DNA of 64,000 nt. It comes from Chiloscyllium plagiosum. Taxonomy: Eukaryota. Within the stretch, counting starts at the first letter, position 1. Every line of letters begins with the position of its first letter. Positions 1 through 12,140 of this stretch are shown in pieces. The stretch lies in NCBI RefSeq assembly GCF_004010195.1, contig NC_057718.1, positions 59,569,622-59,633,621 on the forward strand. Reading direction: 5' to 3'. Made by a program: the position numbers and the translations under genes. The notes under the pieces are model-generated. The model did no database searches. It was not told the DNA's origin and was given only the letters and a program-made list of their open reading frames with translations.

Positions 1-88
1 AAGCTTTTACTGAGGTTGCTATAAAAGGGGACCTTAAGGAAGAAGTAGAGAAAAAAATGTAAAATATCTGTTCATGGCATGGATAATC

Positions 89-1150
89 TAAGACCACAAG
101 GCCAGAAGACATAGGAACAGAAATTAGGTCATTCAGCCCATTAAGTCTGCTTCAACATTCAATCATGGCTAATAAGTTTCTCAACTCCATTCTCCTGCTA
201 TCTCCCTATAACCCTTGATCCCCTTAATACTCAAGAACCTATCTATCTCAGTCTTGGATATACTCAATGACCTGCTCACAGCGTTCTGTGGCAGTGAATT
301 CCATTGAGTCACCATTCTCTGGCTGAAGAAGGTTCTCCTTAACTCTGTTCTAAAAGGTCTTCCCTTTACTCTGAGGCTGTGTCCTTGGGTCCTAGTCTCT
401 CCTACCAATGGAAACATCTTCCCAACACCTACCCTGTCCAGGCCATTCAGTATTCGGTATGTTTCAATTAGATCTCCCCTCATTCTTCTAAACTCCATTG
501 AGTGACGATCCAGATTCCTCAAACTTTCCTTATATGTTAAGCTTTTCATTTTTGGGACCATTCTCCTGGACCTCCTCTGAACACGCTTCAGGACTAGTAC
601 ATCCTAGTTGAGATATGGGGCTCAAAACTGCACACAAACCACCAAATGTAGTCTGACCAGAGCCTTATAGAGCCTCAGAAGTACATCCCTGCTTTTATTT
701 TCAAGTTGTCTCAAAATAAATGCCATAATTGTATTTGCCTTCCTAATCCCTAACTCAAGCTGCAAGTTTACCTTGAGAGAATTCTGGACGAGAACTCTTA
801 AGTCTCTTTACACTTCAGACTTCTGAATTTTCTCCCTACTTAGAAAATAGTTCAAGTCTCTGTTCTTCTTACCAAAGTGCATGACCTCACACTTTCCCAC
901 ATCTGTACTCCATCTGCCACTTCTTTGCCCACTCTCCTAACCTGCACAAATCCTTCTGCAGCCTCCCCACCTCCTCAATGCTACCTGTTCCTCTACCTGT
1001 CTTTGTATCATCTGCAAACTTAGGCAGAATGCCCTCAGTTCCATCATCTAGATGGTTAATGTATAAAGTGAAATGTTATGGTCCCAACACTGACCCCTGC
1101 GGAACACTACTTGTCACTAGCTGCTATTTTGAGAAGGACCCTATTATCGC
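89..1150 (-). mobile_element. CR1-clade LINE, 3' fragment (end of RT plus 3' UTR)
   Basis: ORF 181-561(-) reads RRMRGDLIETYRILNGLDRV...RTQGHSLRVKGRPFRTELRRTFFSQR...WNSLP, the typical CR1 ORF2 C-terminus; GVPQGSVLGP-like codons near 1080-1110 on the minus strand. Confidence 0.9.
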
Positions 1151-1164
1151 ACCTACATTTTGAC

Positions 1165-2180
1165 TTTATTACAAGTTCCATCAAGTCTTGGAAACAACGT
1201 AAAAGTGTCATGTTCAGGTTGACCATCAAAACATAAATTGGAGTAATTGCAGGAGATAGTCATGTTCTTGGAAGTTCCTCCTGATACTTTGTTGCTATAT
1301 AAATCGACTGGACTGTCACTTTCTCCTTGGCATTCTGCAATTCATAAAAAAAATTCCACAGTATGTTTCAGGCTGTGTGTTTCAGTGTGTTTCATTGGAC
1401 TCCATTCAATACTCCATCATCTTTACCATGTGCTTTGAAACTGCTCTCATGTCTGATGCATAAGATCTGAGACTCTGGGTTAATGATTTTCTTTTCATGT
1501 CACCTTGAAATCCAAATCCAGAAGCTGCTATTATCCCACTCTCTGTAAGGAATGGCGTGCTCTAACTTTTCCATTCTCAGGTCTTCACGCTTATTAGGGC
1601 TCCAAAATTCAACTAGTGGAAACCCTTCTGATTCAATTACAACTTTCTCGTTGTTAGGGCAGGTATTGGGGTTGATATGGAAGACCTAAGATTTGTGTAT
1701 TGCATAAGCCCTGTCTTTGATCTCAGTGACCAGACGTTTTCTTTAATTTTCCTATAGGATTTTTAAAAAGGTTCAGAAGCTCAGAAGGTTCACAGGTAGT
1801 TACCTGTGAAACTATATAATTCCTTGAAGAATTTGTGCCTGTGTGCATTGCTGTTGCTGTATAATGACAATCAATATAAAGTTGAAACAGCCTGCAGACC
1901 ACCTTGTCTTGCCTCAGACAATTGGTCATTGATATCTTTGCAACTGATCTCATTCAGCCTCTCCTTTCATTTTCCTATAAATTGCAAAGCTGCTTTGTCA
2001 TGCAAGACTATCAAGATTGTTGATCCTACTTTGTTAGCAATTCTTTGGCATTGAATATTGTGGAGTAATGAGTTAACTCTGAGGACTACCAGCGCCAAAG
2101 TCTCATTTTCACCCATACACATCCATATATATTGTTGCCCAAAGCTTTCTTCCAATACCACAAGTGCAGCTGACACCCTG
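1165..2180 (-). mobile_element. Very old non-LTR retrotransposon RT fossil (tentative)
   Basis: Minus strand, with stops and frameshifts, gives NNEKVVIESEGFPLVEF (~NKAPGPDGFPVEF), then QQSIRRNFQEHDYLLQL (~QxGFRxxxSxxD), then FYVV/FQDLME (~LYxAFxDLxKAFD), in RT-domain order. Confidence 0.3.
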
Positions 2181-2204
2181 ATAACATGTGTAACCGAATC
2201 CTTC

Positions 2205-2625
2205 CAACAAGCAGAGGCAGCAGTGGCTGCAACAGGAGGCTCTTCCCGACAATCAGCAGGTGGCAGCAGAGGTTGCTCGTGCTGGTGATTGGTGAGGGCA
2301 TTGGTGGCACCAAAGGCAATTGGTGGAACACACCCCAGGAGGAGGCTGAACAAAGCTCCAGGCCAGGGCTAGGCCCAGTGACATAAGACTTTAAAATCTG
2401 GATATTTTTCCATTTTTTTCCATTCGGACTTTAACATCTGGATGTTTTTCTTTATCCTTTGGCTCTGTTTCTTTTAATTCACCTCTTATTTTCTTTTAAA
2501 TTCTCGTTTTATATTTTGTATTTTAAAATGGCATCATAAAATGTCAACTTTGTACACTTTTCACTGTATGCCCGTATTTGAGCACACATGATAATAAAAT
2601 CTAATTCTAATTTTATTCTAATTCT
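2205..2625 (+). mobile_element. Non-autonomous SINE-like element with Rex1/Babar-like 3' tail
   Basis: GC-rich head, T-rich middle, and a tail TTTTCACTGTA...CACATGATAATAAAATCTAATTCTAATT resembling the tail of the Rex1/Babar copy at 60125-60600. Confidence 0.5.
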
Positions 2626-2904
2626 GAAGTTATCCTGATAGAGAAGAAACAGCTCTAAGGAAATTCACGAGCATCAGGCTTTTAGGTACAGGGCCTGCCA
2701 AGGCATCTCTCCATCAGGACTTGGGGCTCACTGGGGGGTCATTTTGGGTTCTATAAGATGAGTTACTCATTATTCATTACTCCCATTTCCATTGCTAGCT
2801 TATTTGATGTACATATTGCCCAAAATAGAAATTTCCCAAATTGGGTTAGATTTGAATTAGAAGTAGGCTGTCTGATAGAGAGTGGATAGGAGAGGCCTTA
2901 AAGT

Positions 2905-3262
2905 GTCATCCCTCTTCACTATACAAGGCATCAGACACACTCTCAGGGTGAAGCAATGATTTACCTGCACTTCACTCAATCTAGTCTCCTGTATTCGCTG
3001 CTCATAATATGGTCTCCTCTACACAAGGAAGACAAAGTGCAGATTGGACAACCACTTTGTAAAACACCTACATTCTGTCCACAAAAATGACCCTGACCTG
3101 CCAGTTGCCTGCCATTTCAACACATCACCATGTTCCCTGGCCACCATCTCTGGTTTGGGCTTGCTGTAGTGCTGCAGCACATGCTGGAAGAACACCATTT
3201 TCTGCTTGGGAACCCTGTAACCTATTGGACTCAATATCAAGTTTAATAATTTTAGGAGCCTG
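2905..3262 (+). mobile_element. Penelope-like element, GIY-YIG endonuclease fragment (pseudogenised)
   Basis: Translates FTCTSLNLVSCIRCS*YGLLYTRKTKCRLDNHFVKHLHSVHKNDPDLPVACHFN...IFCLGTL*PIGLNIKFNNFR, matching the PLE pattern FTCxSxNVVYCIxCxxCxxLYIGET...PVAxHF...GTLxPxGLN. Confidence 0.9.
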
Positions 3263-3775
3263 AGCACCTTCTCCCATTTCCTTACCCCAGGCTCCATCTA
3301 CCAGACTTTGTCATCGATGGGCTGCCACCACAAACAATGCATTGTCAGTCACTAATGGACCCTATTAGCAGCTATTCATTCTCCCAGGCTGACCTTTACA
3401 CATGCCTTTGACTGTGTTTTTTCTCTCTCTCTCTCTGGGCTCTATTTCCAACTATCACATACTCTTTCCCCCACCCCCAGCCCACCTTCAGCATATTTTT
3501 TTTCCTAGCATTGAAAAGTGTGGCACCGGAAAAGCACAGCAGGTGACCTCAGGAATGAAGGGCTTAGGCCAAAACATCAATTCTCTGCTCCTCGGACGCT
3601 GCCTGACCTGCTGTGCCTTTGCCATGCCACACATTTCGACTCTGATCTTCAACATCTACAGTCCTAATCTTTTCCCAGCTACAATCAGTTCTGAAAAAGG
3701 ACCTGAAATTTAACTCTGCTTTCCCTCCACAGATGCTGCCAGAACTGCGGAGCTTTTCCAGCAATTTCCAATAAT
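3263..3775 (+). mobile_element. Penelope 3' pLTR with degenerate hammerhead motif (interrupted at 3510-3669)
   Basis: Follows the GIY-YIG ORF; AGTT-CTGAAAA-AGG-A-CCT-GAAA-TTT-AACT at 3687-3715, with AGTT/AACT able to form stem I. Confidence 0.7.
3510..3669 (+). mobile_element. Short pLTR-derived element, inverted-dimer form
   Basis: 3510-3545 is the reverse complement of part of 3553-3669; flanked by TTTTCCTAGC (3500-3509) and TTTTCCCAGC (3670-3679). Confidence 0.7.
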
Positions 3776-4029
3776 GTTTGTTAAAGTGTCTTTACTAGCT
3801 TCATCATGCTGACACTCTTGCAGATGCCATCCTGTAAGGATATTATAGCTGATCTGCTGAACGATCTGCTTATTTCACTTGGTGGGCCCTGACGATACAC
3901 AGTTTGTTGATCAACTCCTTGTTGGTCAAAATCTATCTCATTATGTAAAGATAAATATATATACCTCATACCTAATCATGTGTCTTCCTAGTGCTTTAGA
4001 GTTAGCAGATTCACATTGATTTGCTGAGA

Positions 4030-4248
4030 CAAAGTGAGGACTGCAGATATTGGAAAGTCAAAGACGAAACGTGTGGTGCGGAAAAGCACAGCAGGTCAGG
4101 CAGGATCCAAGGAGCAGGAAAGTCGATGTTTCGGGTATGAGCCCTTCATCAAGAATGTGGGGCATGAGGAAAGGGGCTAAGAGATAACACCTATCGCCTT
4201 CCCAGCTACCTTTGCCCCAGCCCCACACCCACCCTCCTATTTATCTCC
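4030..4248 (-). mobile_element. pLTR-derived element with hammerhead-like motif plus inverted pLTR fragment
   Basis: Minus strand ATTC-TTGATGA-AGGGC-TCAT-ACCC-GAAAC-ATC; shared body GATCCTGCCTGACCTGCTGTGCTTTTCC...CTCACTTT; 4189-4248 appears to be upstream pLTR sequence in + orientation. Confidence 0.8.
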
Positions 4249-4371
4249 AATGTGTCAAAGCTTCTCCAATCACAATCCCTGCTCCAGTTCTTTGCCAATG
4301 CTGCAAAACCAGAGGCACAGTCTTTGTTGCCCAATGCAGGTTTTCCTAGGGACTGCTCTGTGACAATTAAA

Positions 4372-5280
4372 CTGATTGAATTGAATTAGCTTTATTGTCA
4401 CATATACTCATAGGATACGGCACGGTAGCTCAGGGATGGCACGGTGGCACAGTGGTTAGCTCTGCAGCCTTACAGCGCCAGGGACCCGGGTTCAATTCCA
4501 GCCTCGGGCAACTGTCTGTGTGAGTTTGCACGTTCTCCCCCTGTCTGTGTGGGTTTCCTCCGGGTGTTCCAGTTTCCTTCACAGTCCAAAGATGTGCGGG
4601 TCAGGTTAATTGGCCATGCTAAATTGCCCATAGTGTTAAGTGCATTAGTCAGAGGGAAATGGGTCTAGGTGGATTACTCTTCGAAGGATCGGTGTGGACT
4701 GGTCGGGCCGAAGGGCCTGTTTCTACACTGTAGGGAATCTAATCTAATCAGACGTACAATGAAAAGTTTACAGTTGCCACTTACAGGTGTCATCTTAGGT
4801 ACAAAGATACCTAAGTACAGATTCTTGAATACAAATTCTTAGGAAAGAAAATTAGAAAATAAAAAATAACAAGTCTAGCATTACAAACCTTCAAAGTTAT
4901 AAAATCATAGGCATAAATTAGAAAAATAATGAGATTAAAAGTTCAGAATAATAGCCCTTCCACAATAAAATAGTAAAGGATCAAAAAAGAAATTAAAAAA
5001 AAGATGTTGAGACAAAAATTACTTAGTCTATTTCACAACTCTGACCAAAGGGCCTGACCCCAGTTGGACTGTCAGGCCAGACTCACCATGATGCCAAAGA
5101 AATCGATGCATGGAGTCACAGACTGACTGAGGCCACCACAAGGAGACCCAGACTGCCACCTACGAATACAGCCACCGAAGCCACTGGAAGAAGTCTCAGG
5201 CTGTCACTGAAGCCGCCTAAAGGAATCCCAGACCAGGCCAGACCAGCCATGCCACTGCAAGGATGCTGCAGAAACCTAAT
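4372..5280 (-). mobile_element. Non-autonomous element with Rex1/Babar-like tail, interrupted by an HE1 SINE
   Basis: Minus-strand tail TTTTCATTGTAC...[HE1]...ATGTGACAATAAAGCTAATTCAATTCAATC; GC-rich 5' part at 5040-5280. Confidence 0.5.
4414..4749 (+). mobile_element. HE1-type tRNA-derived SINE (duplicated 5' head)
   Basis: A box TGGCACAGTGG, B box GGTTCAATTCC, body GTCTGTGTGAGTTTGCACGTTCTCCCC..., CR1-like tail GAAGGGCCTGTTTCTACACTGTAGG and (AATCT)n. Confidence 0.92.
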
Positions 5281-5989
5281 GGAAAATGGGTAAATATCTG
5301 TAGGTATCTACCATGGCATCTCCAAGAAATACATCAAAATACTTGCTTTCCAATAGAAATATTCCCACAAATTTGCCCCAACTGTACAGCAAACCCATTA
5401 AGTAGTATTACTACAGGATCCACTTTGTTGCTTCCCACATTTTTAAATCAGTGGACGGTTCATGAATTGCCAGAATCTGCATTGCCCCAATTCAGGATCC
5501 TGGCACCATTTCAGCCGTTGTCAACAGGACAGCACAATTTCAGTGATTTCCTACTCATTCTGGGAGTTCCAATTTTCTTGCAGAATTGTCACATAGGCTG
5601 GGCAGCTCAAGGCCAGCAACGCAGCTTGTTTGTGGGAAACCCAGATAAGCTTTCTTACACCACTCCACAGGAGAATTTCATGCCCAAAATGTTACAGGGG
5701 TTCTTTATGAATAAACCAGTTTTGATGAGGCCAAGACTCGGTCTATCAACACAACTTCTTAAAATGATTGCCTGGATGTCAGATTTTCATTCTGGAGGTG
5801 GTAAGCTATATTAGAATCTGGGGTATGTGACTCTCAAAGTCTCCTCAAAAGAGGATGTCGTATGTGGAGGCATTTTTTTTAAAAAAAGAATGTAACATAA
5901 AAGATCACTTAGACCACATTCATGCCACCCAATGCCATTTATGGCCTATAAGCCTGTGTGGTCCCTCATACTCTTTTATAATCAGTATG

Positions 5990-6099
5990 GCAATCAAGGG
6001 CTATGGGGAAACCACAAGAAAGTGGAGTTAAGGATTACCAGTTCAGTCATGATCTCAGTGAATGACACAGCAGACTTGATGGACTGAATAGCCTACTTC
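5990..6099 (+). mobile_element. CR1 3' UTR fragment
   Basis: AATCAAGGGCTATGGGG...ATGGACTGAATAGCCTACTTC, the same tail as other CR1 copies. Confidence 0.75.
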
Positions 6100-6439
6100 A
6101 TAGAATAGAATCCCTACAGTGTGGAAACAGGCCATTTGGTTCAACAAGTCCACACCGACCCTCCAAAGAGTATCCAACGCAGACCCATTCCCCTACCCCT
6201 ATTAGTCTATATTTCCACTGACTAATGTACCTAGTCTATACATCCCTGAACACTATGGGCAATTTTAGCATGGCTAATTCATGTAAATCTGCATATCTTT
6301 GGACTGTGGAAGGAAACTAGAGCACCCAGAGGAAACCTACACAGACACAGGAAGAATACACAAACTCCACACAGACAGTTGTCCGAGGCTGGAATCAAAC
6401 CCAAGTCCCTGGTGCTGTGAGGCAGCAGTGCTAACCACC
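6100..6439 (-). mobile_element. HE1-type SINE
   Basis: Reverse complement of the HE1 body and tail; flanked by ACTTC/ACTTC. Confidence 0.9.
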
Positions 6440-9135
6440 ACTTCTACTCCAAAATCTTGTAACCTTTTCCCATGAATGATTAAATTTTTTTTGAAAAAGC
6501 TTGGCATTTCTGAAATTCTTGCTTACTTTTTACAGGCATTCACATACACTCTTAATAACTGTAAGTCACACAATGCAGGAGATAAACCTCTCTCCAGTGA
6601 AAATTAGTTGTTTAAACCTGGTCCTTGTGAGTTTAAACCTATGTGGTTGAAATTTCACCACATTTCCACTCCTGCAATAATAGGATCTGTTTGAAATAAT
6701 GTGAGTCTGCCAGATCCAGGGTCCTGGGGCTTTTTTTTTGATAAGGTCAGGAGGCTCTGCAGTTCCACAGAAATCAAAGCCTGAACAACTACTGCACCTC
6801 TAATGTGTCAGTTAGAATGGCTGCCAAAATCAGGCAACTCCATGACTACTGTATTATGCAATGGCCAGACTGCAAAAAGGTAAAACCAGAAGGACTTGGC
6901 TTCCCATTGTCTAGTTATTCCTACGGTCCTGAGTCCTCAATTGTGGGAGACGGATAGGGAATTCACACCAGTTGTGGCACTGGTTGACCACTAGATACAG
7001 ACAAATGAAACCATCAGATACTTGGTGAAAAAAAGCATCAGAAGGTTCCAAAAGCACAAGGTGTAATGGTGGACTTGTTTTAATAAATGACTTTCACCTA
7101 ACTGTCCCTCACGAATAAAAGGTACAGTACAATTCCGTGCCTCTGATTTGTTATTTCTTTTTTAAAAATTTTACGTAGTCTTTCTATTTCGATTCATTCT
7201 GTTTGCATTCTTTTATTTGAAATACATACATGTTCACAAAAAATTGAAAGATTGATAAAGGGCCACAAAAACACAAAGTCCATAGACAATTGAGTAAAGC
7301 TCAAAGATATGTGAAATCACAGATGGATCTTACATTAATTGACAAACTGTTCAAAATCTATAGTATCCATCTTCAAATATTGATTGCAGCCTTAATTGAT
7401 TAATGTAGATGAAGTGCAACAGCACTCTGTATAATGAACAGAACAGGCAATATCTCCACAAAATAGTCTGAATCTGCCTGAGGCATCAATACTTTTCCCT
7501 CATCCAGTACCAGTTTCCCCATTCACCTTCCCCATTATTAGCTGCCACATTCACTTCGAAAGTTCAAAATTAAAGAAAAAGGCTTCCTCCACAGGAATGG
7601 ATGCTTGACCAATGATTCCTTCCTGTCAGTTGTCTAAGTTGCAAAGAAAAGCTTCCTGACTGAATATTGATGAGTCTCATTTCATTTGAAATTAGGAAAT
7701 TAAAATGTAATGCATCTCTCGTACATACAATTTGCAGATTTCTTTATTTATTGGAATGCATGTTCATTCTGATCTTTAAAACAAAACAAATATATTATCA
7801 TGAAGGCATGCACATTGTGTATAGTAGGGACATTGTAAAGTAGGTGAAAGAAAAAGAAAGCTATTAGCAATCCAAATCCTGAAGGTGCATGTCATTATAA
7901 AACTGACAGCACAATAATACAAGAGATTTGTTTTGGCACTGGACACAAGCTGTATACTATTGTTTAAATACAGTAATGTGACAGTAAACAAAGGGATTAA
8001 AAGGTATTCTTTGGCATGTTAATATCAAAAGATAAAATACAGTATTGCAGTCTTAATATTAGCTGTCCGTTAGAGAGACCAGGTCCTTCATGCAGATCTT
8101 AAATTTCAACATGATGGGGTTACAAAAGACAGGGTATACAAAATACCAAATTAAAGAATGTTAAAGAACCAAATATAAAATAGCATGAAATCATACATCA
8201 GAATATTCATACTTACAAACATCATTATATCCTCTTAGTTCCATGAATCTTTGAAATTCTTCCAATCTCTTTGCAATTACAAATGAACTAAGAAAAGGTC
8301 TGAAGTACACATACTGATGCAGGACAAAATGAAATTTTTCCTCATATCTATTGTTATAGAGGAATTGTTCTAATTTGTTACAACCAGTGGTATGCATTTA
8401 CAAATCAATATAATAAAATAGTTCAGGGCGTATTTAATTATTTGCTCAAAAGGATTTTATTTTTTACATTTTTATAAATTCTTCCTTATTTTAAATTCTA
8501 AAGAAGAATAGATTGTTTATCTTGGCCTAGTAAAATGGAATGGCAGAAATGTAAGAATCAGCTAGGTAAAGCTGCTATGAGTGATTGCTAAAACTGTTAT
8601 TATTGTTTAGTTATATTCTTTAAAAATGGTGTTTTACTGCCCTCTACTGTTCAAAGATTCCTGATGAAAGTGTAGCAATTGGAAAGGTAATTCTTTGCAA
8701 AAGTTTCAACATCTGTCATTGATATAAGCAAACATATTTTAATATTATGATATTGATTTTTATTAATTAGCTTTAAGCAAATAATTTTGCCTGTTCAGAC
8801 AATTATATTATTGTTGAACAGCTTGTTTGGGCACTTCTAAGATTATTAAAAGGAGTATAATTCACAACGGAGATGGTTCTAGCTGAAGGACATTCATCAA
8901 CCACTCAAATTTAAGTCTCCATTTATATATTTGTTTCTTGCATACTCAGTTTTTAAAGTCCTGCTTTTCGCAACACTTTTAGAAAATGCATTCTGAATGA
9001 GAATCCTAGCCTGAAATGGTTAAAGCTTGTTCAATTTATACCATTGTATTGCCTAAGAACAACTCATTGTTCTGCTTAGTGAGCATCTATCTCCTTAATT
9101 TTAACAATTTTGTTTCTCTGCAGTCAAAACCACAT

Positions 9136-9447
9136 TAGATTAAATTACTTACAGTGTGGAAACAGGCCCTTCAGCCCAACAAGTCCACACCGCCCCGCCG
9201 AAGCGCAACCCACCCATACCCCTGCATTTACCCCTTACCTAACACTACGGGCAATTTAGCGTGGCCAATTTACCTGACCTGCACATCTTTGGACTGTGGG
9301 AGGAAACCGGAGCATCCGGAGGAAACCCACGTTGACACGGGGAGAACGTGCAAACTCCACACAATCAGTCGCCTGAGGCGGGAATTGAACCCAGGTCTCT
9401 GGCGCTGTGAGGCAGCAGTGCTAACCACTATGCCACCGTGCCACCCA
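9136..9447 (-). mobile_element. HE1-type SINE (young, CpG-rich)
   Basis: Minus strand GGTGGCACGGTGGCATAGTGGTTAGCACTGCTGCCTCACAGCGCCAG...GGTTCAATTCC. Confidence 0.93.
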
Positions 9448-10015
9448 TAAATATACCCACACATAGTTTTGTTTAAACCAGTAATACTGATGAATTATAA
9501 CATTAATATTCATATTGTTTATCATATTATAAATTCATATTAGCACATTCAATAACATTTCAGTAATTGAAAATTTTGTCTGCCAGTTAAACAGAGGATT
9601 GTATTCTCATAAGCAGTTGTAGATTGCACATTTTTATTTGCTTTTGCTACTCAATTTAAAAAAAAAATAACTGATTATTAGGGTTGATTGATTTGAGAGG
9701 AATTAAACTGGAGCTATGGATTACTTTGAAAAAGATTTTGATATTTGAAAGATAAATTTGGTCAGTTTGGTTGTATTTTCTCTGTTTAAATCCAGCCAAA
9801 GCAGTAAAGATCACCACTTTAATGTCATGTGATATTAATTCCTGGAAATCTACTGGGATTATCTGTCTAAGCACACACTTATAGAATGGTCACCTGGTAT
9901 GACACTGAAGGATACCTGGTGTCTGTGGAGTAGAGAAGAATATTATGTTGGCTGCAGAAAGATAAGGAAGGATGCAATCATAGAAAAATACTAGGCCCTT
10001 TCATCTATCAGACGC

Positions 10016-12140
10016 TTTTTTTATTCATTTGTGGGGTATAGGGATTGCTGGTTGGCCAGCATTTATTGCCCATCCCTAGTTGCCTTGAAAAGGTATCAGT
10101 GAGTTGCCTTCTTGCAGTCCACATGCTATAGGTAGACCCACAATGCCATTAAGGAGGGAATTCCAAGATTTTGACCCAGCGACACAAAATGGCAATATAA
10201 TTCCAAGTCTGGACGGTGAGCGGCTTGAAAGAGAACTTGTAGGAGATGGCATTCCAATGTGTATGTTACTTTTGTCCTTTTAGATGGTGGTAGTCATGGT
10301 TTTGGAAGATACTTTCTCAGGATCTTTGGTGAATTTCTACAGTGCTGCTACTAAGTGTCAGTGTTGGAGGGAGTGAAACTTTGTGGATATGATGTCAATC
10401 AAACATTTTGCTTTGTCCTGGATGGTGTCAAGCTTCTTGTTGGATCTACACTCATCCAGGCAAAGGGGGAGTATCACCTACACTCTCACTTGAGCCTTGT
10501 AGATGGCAGACGGGCTTTGTGGAGTCCGAAAATAAGTTCCTCGCTGCAGGATTCCCAACCTCTGACTTGCGGTTGTAGTTATTATAATTATATGGCAAGT
10601 CCAGATCAGATTCTGGTTAATGGTAACCACTTAAAATGTTGATGGTGAGCGATTTGGTGATGGCAACGCCATTCAATATCAAGGGGCAATGTTTAGACTG
10701 GCTCTTAATAGTGATGGTCATTGCTTGGCATTGGCACAAACGTTACTTCCTACTTCCAAGCCTGGATATTGTCCAGGTCTTGCTTCATTTGTATATGGAC
10801 TGATTCATCATCTGAAAAGTCACAAATGGTGCTGAACATTGTGCAACCATTGGTGAACATTCCCAGTTCTGATCTTATAAAGGGAAGAAAGTCATTGATG
10901 CAGCAGCTGAAGATGGTTGGGTCTTGGACCCTATTCTGAGGAACTCCTGCAGAGATGTCCTGGAACTGAATTTGCTGACCTCCAATAATCAGAAACATCT
11001 TCCTATGTGCCAGGCTGGACTCCAACCCACAGGAAATTATCCCTCTGATTCTTATTGACTCTAATTTTGTTCAGGCTCCTTGATGCTGCACTCAGTCAAT
11101 TGCAGAAGTCACTCTCACCTCACCTCTGAAATTTAGCTCTTTTGTCTATGCTTGAACAAAGTCTTTAATAAGGTCAGAGGATGAGCAGACCTAGTAGAAC
11201 TTAAACTGGACATCAGTGATCAGATTATTGCCAAGCAAGTGGTGTTTGATTGCACTATTGAAAATACCCTCCATGACTTTACTGATGATCGAGAGTAGAC
11301 TAATTGGACAGTAGTTGACTGGGTTGGGTTAAAGAAAAAAGAACAAAGAAAATACAGCACAGGTACAGGCCCTTTTGCCCTCCAATCCAGCACTGACATA
11401 TTTTGCCCTTTCATACTAAACCTGACTTCACTTACAGAACCTGTATCCCTCAATTCCCTTCCTATTCATGTATTTGTCCAGGTGCTTCTTGAATGCAGCT
11501 GTTGTGTCTGCTTCTACCACTTTCTCTGACAATGTGTTGCAGGTGCTCACCACTCTTTGTGTGAAAATCTTGCCTCACATATCCGTTTTAAAATTTCGCC
11601 CTTGCACTTTGAACCTGTGTGCCCTAGTAATTGACCCCTCCACCCTGGGAAATAGCCTCATACTTTCCAATCTATCCATGCCATTTACAATCTTATAAAC
11701 TTCTACCAGGTTACCCCTCAACCTCATATCGTCCATAAAAGCAAAACCAGTCTATCCAATCTTTCTTCATAGCTAAAATCCTCTGTACTAGGCAACATCC
11801 TAGCAAACCATTTCTGTACCCTCTCCAAAGCAGCCACATCCTTCTGGTAGTATGGGGGTGACCAGAACTGTATGCAATGGGTTGTCCTGCTTTTTGTGTA
11901 TAAGACACGTCTGGACAATTTTCCACAAGGTCAAGTAGGTGTTGGTGTTGCAACTGTAATGGAACTGTAATAGGGATGCTGCAAGTTTTGGAGCACAAGT
12001 TTTTGGCACTGTTGATGGAATATTATCAAGACTCTTAACCTTTGCAATATCCAGTGCCTTCAACCATTTCTTCATATAATGTGTAGTAAACTGAACTTAG
12101 CAAACATTAGCATCTGTAATGCTGGACATTTTGGAGGAGT
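10016..12140 (-). mobile_element. CR1/L2-group LINE (second family), RT plus 3' UTR, interrupted by CR1 at 11331-11877
   Basis: ORF 10750-11025(-): QDISAGVPQNRVQDPTIFSCCINDFLPFIRSELGMFTNGCTMF (degenerate GVPQGSVLGP/FADD); tail GGGATGGGCAATAAATGCTGGCC...GAATAAAAAAA. Confidence 0.88.
11331..11877 (-). mobile_element. CR1 3' fragment nested in LINE
   Basis: CIQFWSPPYYQKDVAALERVQKWFARMLP; TSD TGGGTT at 11325-11330 and 11878-11883. Confidence 0.88.

Noticed and set aside
1500..1625. Resemblance of EFWSP..IPYREW to a phage terminase large subunit
   Set aside because: Short, with no ATPase or nuclease motifs nearby; the flanking motifs fit a decayed non-LTR RT better
4438..4500. tRNA gene
   Set aside because: The A/B boxes belong to the HE1 SINE head and run directly into the SINE body; the same holds for all such copies
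5263..5814. 183-aa ORF
   Set aside because: No recognisable domain or splice context; it starts inside a repeat and is probably a chance ORF
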